From NCBI RefSeq assembly GCF_988243305.1, contig NZ_OZ547136.1: a DNA stretch of 64,000 nucleotides; one strand, 5' to 3'. A program made the position numbers and the translations under genes. Under the pieces are notes generated by a model that did no database searches, was not told the origin of the DNA, and was given only the letters and a program-made list of their open reading frames with translations. This document shows, piece by piece, positions 21,502-31,592 of this stretch (its first letter is position 1; each line of letters opens with the position of its first letter).

Positions 21502-22782
21502 CTAAAAATTGCCGAGGGGGAACAAGGCCGGGAGCTGCGAAAGCAAATACAAAATTAGCCCAATACAACCGCCAACCAGCGTACCGTTGACACGGATAAA
21601 CTGCAGATCTTTGCCGATATTTAACTCGATTTGCCGCGACATATCCTGCGCATCCCAGCTTTTTACCGTATCGCTGATATGTCGCGTCAGGAATGCGGAA
21701 AACTCAGGCGCGACGCGGTGCGCGGCTTGTTCCAGATGACCATTTAACGACGCCCGCAAGGCATCATCGGCAATTAACGTTTCGCCAAACCATTGACCCG
21801 CCCGCGCGATACGTTCTTTCACACGAGAATCTTCACTGTTGATATCCGCTTTCAGCCATTCCCGTAAATCTCCCCACAATTCACTGAGATAGCGGTTAAA
21901 AGCTTCGTCTTCTTTCAGATAGCTTTTTACGGCATCGGCTCGCGCTGCCATTTCAGGATCGTTTTTCAACTTGTCGATCAGGGCAAAGGTGGCGCGATCA
22001 AACGCATGGCGGATCTGATGCGCACGATCGCTGCTGATATCATCAAGCAAAGAATTCACCGCGTCAGAAACCAACTCCGCGCTATGTTCGCCCAGCCATT
22101 CAGTGGGCAAAATTTTGGCTTTCAGTGGATGCTCGCTCTCCAGCCAGCGAACAATTTGCTGGGCGATAAACTTGCGCGATTTATCGCGCTGGAGAAGGGC
22201 GATCAACTGTGCGATCAGCGTATCCAGCAGCACCTGATGACGATCGTTTTTGGTCATACTCTCCAGCATCAACGCACTGGTGCCAGAAAGATCAACCTTA
22301 TCAATCGCCCGGTGGACCGCGCGCTTAAGCAGGCGCTGAATACGCGCATCATCGGTCAGTTCAAGAAAACCGCTCATGATCTGCAACAGATGCTGACCAA
22401 CGCGGCGGGCGTTTTCTGGCTGACTAAACCAGTTGCCAATCAACAACGCCGGTTCGTGACGTCGAATCAATGCCACCAGCGATTGGGTATCGAGAAATTT
22501 TTCCTGCACGAACTGACCGAGATTTTCGCCAATCCGGTCTTTATTACGCGGGATAATCGCCGTATGACGAGAAATGATCGGAATCGGCACGCGGCGAAAC
22601 AGCGCCACCACCGCAAACCAGTCCGCCAGCGCGCCGACCATCGCCGCTTCAGCAATCGCCTTCACGCCGCTCACCCAAAAATTGGGCGGCAAAAACAGCG
22701 TAACGACAAAGGTAGCAGCGGCGATAAGCAGTAAAGAGAGCGCCAACATTTTGGCGCGTCTGAGTTCAATGAGTTTATTCAT
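21502..22782 (-). CDS. yjiN: DUF445 inner-membrane protein YjiN, about 426 aa
   Basis: The 470-aa ORF is trimmed to start at [11 protein letters not shown]…, which matches the K-12 YjiN length. It has N-terminal transmembrane helices. Confidence 0.75.
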   Translation of the reverse strand: MNKLIELRRAKMLALSLLLIAAATFVVTLFLPPNFWVSGVKAIAEAAMVGALADWFAVVALFRRVPIPIISRHTAIIPRNKDRIGENLGQFVQEKFLDTQSLVALIRRHEPALLIGNWFSQPENARRVGQHLLQIMSGFLELTDDARIQRLLKRAVHRAIDKVDLSGTSALMLESMTKNDRHQVLLDTLIAQLIALLQRDKSRKFIAQQIVRWLESEHPLKAKILPTEWLGEHSAELVSDAVNSLLDDISSDRAHQIRHAFDRATFALIDKLKNDPEMAARADAVKSYLKEDEAFNRYLSELWGDLREWLKADINSEDSRVKERIARAGQWFGETLIADDALRASLNGHLEQAAHRVAPEFSAFLTRHISDTVKSWDAQDMSRQIELNIGKDLQFIRVNGTLVGGCIGLILYLLSQLPALFPLGNF

Positions 22783-22822
22783 AACGTTAAGAATAGAGCC
22801 TGACGGCAGGATCGCGCAAAAA

Positions 22823-24055
22823 TCACCGCTCCTCCGCCAGCTCGGCAGCCTGATGTTGGCGCACGCGATTAAGCAATCCGGCCAGGGTGAAAACGACGAT
22901 AACGCCTGCCACAACGGCTAACAGATGAAACTGCAAGCGACCGCCGTTAAACCACAGCCAGCGGCCGATTTCGACCGAGACAGACATCACCATCAGGATC
23001 ACCATATTCAGCGATGCGGAGACGGTCCCTTTCGGTAAGTTATTGGAAAACAGCGTAAAGCGGAATAAGGTCGGGAAAATCAAACCAATCCCGAAAGCAT
23101 ACAGACTGGTGCCCAGCACCGACCACAGCCAGACGTGCGGCGACAGCAGATTGCCGATAATCAACAGCGCGAGGCCGACCAGTTGAAGGGGTACGGCACG
23201 CCACATAAACCGCGGTTCGGTCGGATCTTTAACGAAACGCGCCACGATGGCATTCGCGACAATCACCGCGCCGAACACCGGAACCTGTGTCCAGGCGAAC
23301 TGCGAAGTTGTTAAGCCGCCCGCGTCGATCAGGATCACCGGCGAGACAGCCACCCAACTCATCATGGGGATATAGCTTAAAGAGATGGTTGCTGCGCCAA
23401 AGAGGAACAGCCGATTGCAAAAGACATTACGAAAATCGCGCAAGACGCTTTTGGCGCTAAATGGAACCGCGCCGCGCTTCACCGTCTCTGGCATCGCCAG
23501 CAGTAAGCCAACAAATGAGATAAAACCCATAACCGCAATGATGGCAAAAAGGACTTTCCAGTGCACAAAGTGCATCAGAGCTGCGCCGGAAAGCGGGCCG
23601 ATAATCGGCGCAATCAGTACGATGGAGGTGATAATCGCCATCAACTTGATCCCTTTTGTCTGTCCGAACGCCTCCTGCACCGTGACATAACCAACGGTGG
23701 CAATAAAACAGATACTGGTGCCCTGAATTGCACGCGCGATAAGAAATTGTGTCATTGACGTGGTGAACATTGTCGCGGCGCAGGCAAGGGTAAAAATTAA
23801 CGCCCCGGTAATCAGCACCGGCCTGCGGCCAATCCTGTCGGAAAGCGGCCCCAGCAGCCACTGCAATGCCATGCCTCCAGCGAGATAGAGACTGACGGCA
23901 GCCGGAGCCAGACTGACATCGGCATTAAAATCACGGACCACATTAATGATCCCAGGCTGGATCAGATCCGTCGACAGGTACGCAGCAAAATCATACAAAA
24001 TCAACGCCATCGGGAAAAACAGCGTGGCGGCATGGCGGGCAAAAAAACGTGGCAT
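22823..24055 (-). CDS. mdtM: MFS multidrug/proton antiporter MdtM, about 410 aa
   Basis: [28 protein letters not shown]… is a 12-transmembrane MFS protein. Its position matches yjiO/mdtM. Confidence 0.85.
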   Translation of the reverse strand: MPRFFARHAATLFFPMALILYDFAAYLSTDLIQPGIINVVRDFNADVSLAPAAVSLYLAGGMALQWLLGPLSDRIGRRPVLITGALIFTLACAATMFTTSMTQFLIARAIQGTSICFIATVGYVTVQEAFGQTKGIKLMAIITSIVLIAPIIGPLSGAALMHFVHWKVLFAIIAVMGFISFVGLLLAMPETVKRGAVPFSAKSVLRDFRNVFCNRLFLFGAATISLSYIPMMSWVAVSPVILIDAGGLTTSQFAWTQVPVFGAVIVANAIVARFVKDPTEPRFMWRAVPLQLVGLALLIIGNLLSPHVWLWSVLGTSLYAFGIGLIFPTLFRFTLFSNNLPKGTVSASLNMVILMVMSVSVEIGRWLWFNGGRLQFHLLAVVAGVIVVFTLAGLLNRVRQHQAAELAEER

Positions 24056-24521
24056 AACAAACAACTCCTTGTCCGGAGAACCCCAATGGGGAAAACGAAA
24101 TTCAATACCGTCGGTAATGACGAAAGGCAGGCGAGAAGGACAAATGTACTGAATTTCATGTAATCAACCACACTGCCTGTGAACACACAGACAGAGAAAT
24201 ACCTTCTGACTCCAGGTCAGAATGTATAACGATTACAAATAGTCATCAGCACATTACACCTCTTGAATTGATGGGTTGCATAGAAAATATACACCTTAAG
24301 TGTAATTAAAATTTGCAGTTAATCAAAAGAGTGCGGTGGAAAGGGGAATATCTGCCGGGTACAGGAAATGTAAAACGCGAGCCTGTTTCCGGAAAAATGT
24401 ATCGTTTGCAGAGGAACAAAAATAGCCTGGAAAGCGCCTCGGGGAACGAGAAATTGCCGGGTGAGAATGGTTTTGTTAGTCGCTACAGTCGGGCCATCTT
24501 ATCTACAGGTGACGGATCGCC

Positions 24522-25479
24522 ATGACAAACTTCACAACCAGCACGCCGCATGACGCATTATTTAAATCCTTTCTCACGCACCCTGACACCGCGCGGGATT
24601 TTATGGAGATCCACTTACCCAAAGATTTACGTGAACTGTGCGATCTCGACAGCTTAAAACTGGAATCCGCAAGCTTCGTCGATGAAAAATTGCGGGCGCT
24701 ACACTCCGATATTCTGTGGTCGGTAAAGACCCGTGAAGGTGATGGTTATATTTACGTAGTGATTGAACATCAGAGCCGCGAGGATATCCATATGGCCTTT
24801 CGCCTGATGCGATATTCCATGGCGGTGATGCAGCGCCATATCGAGCATGATAAACGCCGGCCGCTACCGCTGGTCATCCCGATGCTGTTTTATCACGGTA
24901 GCCGTAGTCCTTATCCCTGGTCTTTGTGCTGGCTGGACGAATTTGCCGACCCGACTACTGCACGGAAGCTTTATACTGCAGCGTTCCCGCTGGTGGATGT
25001 CACTGTCGTGCCGGACGACGAGATTGTGCAGCACCGCAAAGTCGCCCTGTTGGAGTTGATCCAAAAGCATATTCGCCAGCGCGATCTAATGGGACTTACT
25101 TGATCAACTGGCAGTATTACTGGTTACAGGGTGCGCTAATGACAGCCAGATAACCGCGCTGTTAAATTACATTTTACTGACTGGCGATGAAGCGCGTTTT
25201 AAAGAGTTTATCAGCGAACTAACCAGTCGAATGCCACAACAAAGGGAGCGAATAATGACGATTGCAGAGCGAATTCATAATGATGGATGGCTGTTGGGAA
25301 GGGAGAGGGGGAGGAAAGAAGGGAAAGTAGAAGGGGAACGGAGCCTCCTCCGATTGTTGTTGCAGAATGGGGCCGATCCTGAATGGATACAACGATATAC
25401 CGGACTTTCGGCAGAGCAAATGCAGGCATTAGATCAGCCCTTGCCTGAAAGCAAGCGTGATCCATGGATCGAGTACTAA
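24522..25479 (+). pseudogene. rpnD: Recombination-promoting nuclease RpnD (YhgA-like/transposase_31 family), frameshifted into two ORFs (24522-25103 and 25231-25479)
   Basis: A PD-(D/E)xK N-terminal region (…[13 protein letters not shown]…[12 protein letters not shown]…) continues in another frame (…[18 protein letters not shown]…[24 protein letters not shown]…). The same split (yjiP/yjiQ) occurs in K-12. Confidence 0.75.
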
Positions 25480-25564
25480 TCAGAGACGGATGACAAACGC
25501 AAAGCAGCCTGGTGCGCTACGCTTATCAAGTCTACATAACCCATTAAATATATTGAACTTTAAA

Positions 25565-25625
25565 GATTTTGTAGACCTGGTAAGGCGTTCACGCCGCATC
25601 CGGCATGAACGAAGCGCATTTTGCC
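25565..25625. repeat. REP element
   Basis: ggtaaggcgttcacgccgcatccggcatgaac. Confidence 0.65.
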
Positions 25626-25721
25626 TAAGCCATGCCGGAACGTGGCGATGTCGCTATAAAGATAAAACGAGTTACAGGCGATTCGTGAGAGTAAATCAGG
25701 GGGCTCGGCACTAATTCGAAT

Positions 25722-27134
25722 TTATTCCATTGCCCGATACACGGCCTCGCCAATTTGCTTCAGTGCTTCGCGATAGGTTTCGCTGAGCGGCAAAGCGCAG
25801 TTGATGCGCAGACAATTACGGTATTTGCCGGAAGCTGAGAAAATCGAGCCTGCCGCCACCTGGATTTTCATGCGGTACAGCTGCCGCGCGACGCAGACCA
25901 TATCGACCTGTTCAGGCAATTCTATCCACAGTAAAAATCCGCCTTTCGGGCGCGTAATACAGATTTCGCAGGGAAAATATTCCCGTATCCAGCAGGTATA
26001 AAGCGCCAAATTGCGCTGATAGATCTGCCGCATCCGCCGGATATGGCGATGATAGTGACCTTCCAGCACAAACGTTGCCGCCGCCATTTGCGTGGACGGT
26101 ACATTAAAGCTGCTGATGGCGTATTTCATATGCATCAGTTTATCGTGATAACGCCCCGGTGCGACCCAACCCACGCGCAGGCCAGGTGCAATACTTTTAC
26201 TGAATGAGCTGCACAACAGCACTCGCCCGTCGATATCCCAGGAATGAATGGTCCGCGGGCGCGGATACTCCGTTGCCAGTTCGCCGTAGACATCATCTTC
26301 AAAAATCACAATATCATGACGCTGAGCGAGAGAGAGAACGGCCCGTTTGCGCGCGTCCGGCATAATAAATCCCAGCGGATTATTACAGTTTGGCACCAGA
26401 ATGATGCCTTTAATCGGCCACTGTTCCAGCGCCAGTTCCAGCGCTTCAACGCTGATGCCTGTTTCTGGATCGGTTGGGATTTCAATCACTTTCACGCCCA
26501 TGCCACGCAGCATCTGCATCGAACCGTAATAACAGGGGGATTCGACCGCGACAATATCGCCCGGTTTACACACCGCCATTAACGCCAGCGACATCGAGTT
26601 ATGGCAGCCGCTGGTGATGATGATGTCATCGGCAGTGACCACCGAGCCGCTGTCGAGCATCAGGCGGGCAATCTGCTCTCGCAACACTCGCTGACCGGCT
26701 AACAAGTCATAACCGAGAACGGTTTGCAGATTATGCTGCACCACCCGGCTTAGCTCCCGCCACAGCGGTTTCAGGCTGGGCGTTTCGACATCCGGCGTGC
26801 TTTTACTTAACGGAACAATGGAACTGTCGCTATGCGCCTCCAGCATATCCAGCACCTGATCCCACTGGGTAATTTCCACCGGGCGCTGCACCGGACGCGT
26901 CATCGGCGGCACTGGCGGCTGGGCTTTACGTTGTGCGACAAAATAACCCGAACGCGGCTGTGGGGTGATGAGCTTCATCGTCTCCAGCGTCTGATACGCC
27001 TGCTGCACGGTGCTGATGCTGACGCCGTGCTCCTGACTTAAGCTGCGCACCGACGGCAATTTCTCCCCGTGACGATACAGCCCCTGCTCAATCCGCTCGG
27101 CAAGCAGAGTCGCCAGATGTTGATAACGCGTCAT
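25722..27134 (-). CDS. yjiR: MocR-family GntR/aminotransferase-domain transcriptional regulator YjiR, 470 aa
   Basis: N-terminal GntR HTH (…LPSVRSLSQEHGVSISTVQQAY…) plus a fold-type-I PLP domain. Confidence 0.85.
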   Translation of the reverse strand: MTRYQHLATLLAERIEQGLYRHGEKLPSVRSLSQEHGVSISTVQQAYQTLETMKLITPQPRSGYFVAQRKAQPPVPPMTRPVQRPVEITQWDQVLDMLEAHSDSSIVPLSKSTPDVETPSLKPLWRELSRVVQHNLQTVLGYDLLAGQRVLREQIARLMLDSGSVVTADDIIITSGCHNSMSLALMAVCKPGDIVAVESPCYYGSMQMLRGMGVKVIEIPTDPETGISVEALELALEQWPIKGIILVPNCNNPLGFIMPDARKRAVLSLAQRHDIVIFEDDVYGELATEYPRPRTIHSWDIDGRVLLCSSFSKSIAPGLRVGWVAPGRYHDKLMHMKYAISSFNVPSTQMAAATFVLEGHYHRHIRRMRQIYQRNLALYTCWIREYFPCEICITRPKGGFLLWIELPEQVDMVCVARQLYRMKIQVAAGSIFSASGKYRNCLRINCALPLSETYREALKQIGEAVYRAME

Positions 27135-27310
27135 GCTGTATTCCTTATGTGGACCATACAGAGAGAAAAACCGGTACAGATGAGGCTAAAAAACCGGATG
27201 CAGATGCTGTTTTAACCTGTCTGTATGTTAAATAAAACTAATATTTGCATCTGTATTGTGAACTGCCAGAAGACGGATGATGAAGCCTCTGAAAGATGAG
27301 GAGGCAGCAG

Positions 27311-27475
27311 ATGGAATTTCACGAAAACAAAGCCAAAACGCCGTTTATCAGACTTGTGCAACTCTGGCAGGCGGTGAGGCGTTGGCGGCGGCAAATGCAG
27401 GCCCGGCGGGTGTTACAGCAGATGAGTGATGAGCGGTTGAGGGATATTGGGTTACGCAGGGAGGATGTGGAGTGA
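27311..27475 (+). CDS. yjiS: DUF1127 small protein YjiS, 54 aa
   Basis: MEFHENKAKTPFIRLVQLWQAVRRWRRQMQARRVLQQMSDERLRDIGLRREDVE*. The ORF is too short for the supplied track. DUF1127 signature …RLRDIG…. Confidence 0.75.
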   Translation: MEFHENKAKTPFIRLVQLWQAVRRWRRQMQARRVLQQMSDERLRDIGLRREDVE

Positions 27476-27550
27476 TAGAGGATGTTGAGAATAAATCAGG
27501 ATATTAACTTTTTATATGTACCCAGGAAGAAACCAGGGTACATATAGATA

Positions 27551-28264
27551 TTAGTTGAATTTAATATCAGCAATCAATTTTTTGATATAATCTTCTGGTT
27601 TCATCTTTGTTTTTTCTTTTATTTGCTGATAAGTTTCTTTCTTAATGTTGATTTCAATTGTTTTATTTTTATTGATAATGCACGCAATTGGTAATAGTAG
27701 CAATAATGTAATAATTATAATTATAAGAATTATTTTTGAATTTCCATGTGAGTCCGATTCCTTCATTTTTTGGAATATTCTTCTCATGACTGGATTAACT
27801 GCTGAAGAAAACATAATCATAATGATAAAAACAGCCAAAAAATCTAATGTATATTTTGCGTAGTAACTTTCAGTATTCATCTCAAAAAACAGCAACCACG
27901 CCAGAGCACAAAACAATGTCATGCCAAAACATATAAATGAAATAATAAAGCCAATTTGTTGCGTTCTTTTATCTAGTTCAGAGAGAAATTTCTCACCAAC
28001 TCTTTGACCTTTATAAGGTGAAATAAGTGTGTGGGCGGCATTGAAAAATACATTTGTGCAAATCAAAACAAAGAATATATTGATTGGCATAAATCCTATA
28101 AGTGTATAAAAGAAGAAGTCTTGTTGAAGATAGTACGGTAATTGATTATCAACTTCCATTAACAATGTAAATATAAAACCGAAAGAAACATAAAAAAACA
28201 AACCTTCTTCACGTAATTTTTTAATGTATTTTTTGAATTTAAAATCTTTAATCATCTTCAGCAT
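27551..28264 (-). CDS. Very AT-rich 5-transmembrane membrane protein of unknown function, 237 aa, immediately downstream of hsdR
   Basis: A 237-aa ORF with five hydrophobic segments and a Lys/Glu-rich C-terminal tail. RBS aggaatag. GC is far below backbone. It is 64 bp downstream of the hsdR stop and a hairpin lies between them. Confidence 0.6.
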   Translation of the reverse strand: MLKMIKDFKFKKYIKKLREEGLFFYVSFGFIFTLLMEVDNQLPYYLQQDFFFYTLIGFMPINIFFVLICTNVFFNAAHTLISPYKGQRVGEKFLSELDKRTQQIGFIISFICFGMTLFCALAWLLFFEMNTESYYAKYTLDFLAVFIIMIMFSSAVNPVMRRIFQKMKESDSHGNSKIILIIIIITLLLLLPIACIINKNKTIEINIKKETYQQIKEKTKMKPEDYIKKLIADIKFN

Positions 28265-28290
28265 AGCTATTCCTAATTGTAAACAATATG

Positions 28291-28316
28291 GCCGGGGTAG
28301 AAAGTGCGACCCCGGC
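28291..28316 (-). terminator. Hairpin (possible attenuator/terminator) between hsdR and the membrane-protein gene
   Basis: gccggggtagaaagtgcgaccccggc is a 7-bp GC stem. On the minus strand it is followed by ttgttt. Confidence 0.35.
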
Positions 28317-28328
28317 TATCAACGTGTT

Positions 28329-31300
28329 TTATGTTGGCAAAGCAATTTTCCCCGTGAGCATATCAAACATCAGATAAGCAAAGCCCTTTGCCCGAACTGG
28401 ATCGGATAAATATTGCAACATAAATTCTTGCCGAGCGTCATTACTGTCCATTACAGCATTATCAACTGCCTGGAGGAAATCACCAAGAATCGCTTGTTCT
28501 GGCGGATTGTTTTTAATTTGTGTCATAACATTTTCATTTTCAGTTATTTTGTTATACACCGAAAAAGCATTGCTGATCATATCTTTCTCGGTCAAATGGT
28601 CGCTAATGAATAATTCATTCATCCGAGAAAGCACCTGCGATAAAAATTCCTCTTTTTTATCTTTCGCTTTTGCCGTACCAATATCATTACTTGCATCCAG
28701 CGTATAGTCAGGCGTTTCTTCCTGTAAACGTAAATCTTGCTCATGGATTTTCGATAAACGATAGTGACTCATCTCTACATTACTGAGATCAATTTCATCC
28801 TCTTCCAGACGTTGCTCATGCAGCAGCGGACGCAGATGACGGGCAAACAGGCTTAGCTTTTCCAGATCTTTGTCATCGTATTCGACGATCTGCGACATAA
28901 ATTCGTAAAAGCGAACAAAGCTGCCGAGATCTTTTTTGAATATTTCCAGACGATCTTTTTCCTGCTTACAGGCTTTAAAACTGTTTTCCGCATTAGTGAT
29001 TAACACCGTATCGCCCGTTTTTTTGGTGCGCTCGAACATCTCTTTGGCGGTCAGATAAGCGTCTATCGCCATCAGATAACGCTTTTTCCAGCGTTCTACC
29101 GCCGGTTTGCATATATTACTGATCGCTGCATTCGATTTATTTTTGATGAAGAATGCCTCGCAGAACTGCTCGACTTCATGCCACTGAAAGATCTGCGTGG
29201 CGCGCAGTTTTTCAAACAGATCGAAAACCTGCTGCGGATCGCTGACATCGGTCAGTTCCGCCGTCTGGAAATAGGGCTGGAACGCGCCGAGGATCTCGTC
29301 CGGATCGTTATAAAAATCGAGAACAAAAGTGCCTGATTCCGCTTTGCCCGGATAGGTGCGATTCAGGCGGGAGAGCGTCTGCACGCACTCGACGCCGCCG
29401 AGGGCTTTATCCACGTACATCGCGCACAGTTTCGGCTGGTCAAAACCGGTCTGGAATTTATTGGCGACCAACATGACCTGATAATCATCGCTGTCGAAGG
29501 CTTTGCGCATATCCCGCCCTTTCAGGCCGGGGTTCATGTTTATTTCAGTAAATTTCTGGTTTAACAATGCCAGGCTGTTATGGTCGCCTTCCTGGAATTC
29601 AACTTCCCCGGAAAACGCCACCATCGCGCTGATTTTCTGGTAATTGTTCTCGCTAATGTATTTATCAAACGCCAGCTTGTAGCGTACAGCGGCTTTGCGT
29701 GAACTGGTGACCACCATCGCTTTAGCCTGGCCGCCAAGCAGGTGCATCACATGTTTGCGGAAGTGCTCCACAATCACCTTCACCTTCTGCGAGATATTGT
29801 GGTCGTGCAGTGTCACCCACTGGTTGAGCTTAATCTTCGCCCGTTTGCTATCGACTTCGCGGTCTTTGTCTTCCAGCTTTTGCAGCAACTGATACGCCAC
29901 TTTGTAGTTGGTGTAGTTTTTCAGCACGTCGAGGATAAAGCCTTCTTCGATTGCCTGGCGCATGGAGTAGACGTGGAAGGCCTCAGGTTTATTGGTTTTT
30001 GACGCCGGTTCATCGGGACGTGGACGGCGACCAAAAAGTTCGAGGGTTTTGGATTTTGGCGTGGCGGTAAAGGCGTAGTAGTTCAGGTTACTGCTGCCTT
30101 TCCGGGCGGCAATGGTCGCATCCAGAATATCTTCTGACGACAGCACCACGTCATTATCCATTTCTTCGCTCATCAGCACTTCTTTAAGCTGACGGGCGGT
30201 GGAACCGCTCTGCGAGGAGTGCGCTTCGTCGGCAATCACCGCATATTTACGCTGCTTCAGGCTGACGCTGTTTTCGATTGCTTTCAGTACGAATGGGAAC
30301 GTCTGGATGGTGACAATAATGATCGGCTGCGAGTTTTCCAGCGCGCTGGCCAGCTTTTCCGATTTGGAGCCGTCGCCCTCTTTGTTATTGATGCGCCCGA
30401 CCACGCCGTCGGCGTGTTCGAACTGCCAGATGGTGTCCTGAAGCTGGTCGTCCAGCACCGTGCGGTCCGTCACCACGATAATGGAGTGGAACTGTTTTTC
30501 CCCGTTCACGTCGTACAGACGAGAAAGCTGGTGGGCGGTCCAGGCAATGGAGTTCGATTTACCGGAACCGGCGCTGTGCTGGATCAGGTATTTATGGCCG
30601 GTTCCTTCAATCGTCGCGGCCTCCAGCAGTTTGTTGACCACATCCCACTGATGATAACGCGGGAAAATCAGGCTCTCTTTCTTCGCTTTCAGCCCGTTCC
30701 ACTCCTCTTTTTCTTCAATATGCAAATGGACAAAACTGGCGAGGATTTTTAATAAGTTGTCCGGCAGCAGCACTTCATTCCACAGATAATCTGTGGCGTA
30801 GCGGTGGGTATCTTCGGGGATCTCGTTGCCTGCGCCGCCGTCTTTGGTGCCTTTGTTAAACGGCAGGAAGAAGGTGCTGTCACCCGCGAGTTTGGTGGTC
30901 ATAAAGACGTCATACTGGCTGACGGCAAAATGCACCAGCGCGCCGCGCTTAAAGGTCAGCAGCGGTTCCGGTTTATTGGTGGCGGGATCTTTCGGCAGGC
31001 GGGTCTTTTTGTACTGCGCAATGGCGTTCTGCACCGCCTGTTTGAATTCGGATTTCAGCTCCAGCGTGGCAATTGGCAGGCCGTTGATAAACAGCACCAG
31101 GTCGATGCGCCATTTTTTGGCTTTCACGCCCGTTTCTGCAAAGACGCTATTTGAGGCATACGGGCTGTAGACCAGTTCCGGCACGATACGGCAGATATTC
31201 TGCTGATAGCGCGCCAGCGTTTCCGGGTTGAGATTATGTTCCGGTTTAAACTGACACAGCGAAAAACGGGCATTGCGGATTTTCAGTCCGTGGCGAAGTA

Positions 31301-31592
31301 CGCCGAGCGTACCCCAGGTGCGCGACTGGATGTCGGTGGCGTTGCTGTCGGCTTTTTTTAACTGCGCAACCAGCGCGTCGAGGAAATGGCGCTCGGTGTC
31401 GTTGGGGTAAACGCGGGCGAATTTCTCCCACTCCTGTGGTTGGGTGATTTGTACAAAGAGCAGGGCGTCTTGTGCGTATAGCGCACGTTCACGATCGTAG
31501 CCGTCGCCTTTGCCGACAATCCAGCCTTTTGCTGCCATCTGCGCGATGATGTCGTTTTGTAGGTTGACCTCTTTTGCAATGTCGTTGCTCAT
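28329..31592 (-). CDS. hsdR: Type I restriction enzyme R subunit, 1087 aa
   Basis: N-terminal PD-(D/E)xK (…RIDLVLFINGLPIATLELK…). SF2 helicase motifs: Walker A HSAGSGKSNS and DEAH VIADEAHSS. Its start overlaps the hsdS stop as ATGA. Confidence 0.9.
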   Translation of the reverse strand: MSNDIAKEVNLQNDIIAQMAAKGWIVGKGDGYDRERALYAQDALLFVQITQPQEWEKFARVYPNDTERHFLDALVAQLKKADSNATDIQSRTWGTLGVLRHGLKIRNARFSLCQFKPEHNLNPETLARYQQNICRIVPELVYSPYASNSVFAETGVKAKKWRIDLVLFINGLPIATLELKSEFKQAVQNAIAQYKKTRLPKDPATNKPEPLLTFKRGALVHFAVSQYDVFMTTKLAGDSTFFLPFNKGTKDGGAGNEIPEDTHRYATDYLWNEVLLPDNLLKILASFVHLHIEEKEEWNGLKAKKESLIFPRYHQWDVVNKLLEAATIEGTGHKYLIQHSAGSGKSNSIAWTAHQLSRLYDVNGEKQFHSIIVVTDRTVLDDQLQDTIWQFEHADGVVGRINNKEGDGSKSEKLASALENSQPIIIVTIQTFPFVLKAIENSVSLKQRKYAVIADEAHSSQSGSTARQLKEVLMSEEMDNDVVLSSEDILDATIAARKGSSNLNYYAFTATPKSKTLELFGRRPRPDEPASKTNKPEAFHVYSMRQAIEEGFILDVLKNYTNYKVAYQLLQKLEDKDREVDSKRAKIKLNQWVTLHDHNISQKVKVIVEHFRKHVMHLLGGQAKAMVVTSSRKAAVRYKLAFDKYISENNYQKISAMVAFSGEVEFQEGDHNSLALLNQKFTEINMNPGLKGRDMRKAFDSDDYQVMLVANKFQTGFDQPKLCAMYVDKALGGVECVQTLSRLNRTYPGKAESGTFVLDFYNDPDEILGAFQPYFQTAELTDVSDPQQVFDLFEKLRATQIFQWHEVEQFCEAFFIKNKSNAAISNICKPAVERWKKRYLMAIDAYLTAKEMFERTKKTGDTVLITNAENSFKACKQEKDRLEIFKKDLGSFVRFYEFMSQIVEYDDKDLEKLSLFARHLRPLLHEQRLEEDEIDLSNVEMSHYRLSKIHEQDLRLQEETPDYTLDASNDIGTAKAKDKKEEFLSQVLSRMNELFISDHLTEKDMISNAFSVYNKITENENVMTQIKNNPPEQAILGDFLQAVDNAVMDSNDARQEFMLQYLSDPVRAKGFAYLMFDMLTGKIALPT

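Noticed and set aside
24313-24525. 70-aa ORF in the mdtM-rpnD intergenic region
   Set aside because: It has no convincing RBS, a Lys/Arg/Gly-rich low-complexity product, and ends exactly at the rpnD ATG. It is more likely promoter DNA.
27517-27549. Hairpin tatgtaccc…gggtacata between yjiS and the membrane-protein gene, as a strong terminator
   Set aside because: The stem is good, but neither strand has a clear downstream U-tract. I treat it only as a possible weak bidirectional terminator.
30219-30752. 177-aa ORF antisense to hsdR
   Set aside because: It lies within the helicase-motif region of hsdR on the opposite strand. Its composition is nonsense-like.
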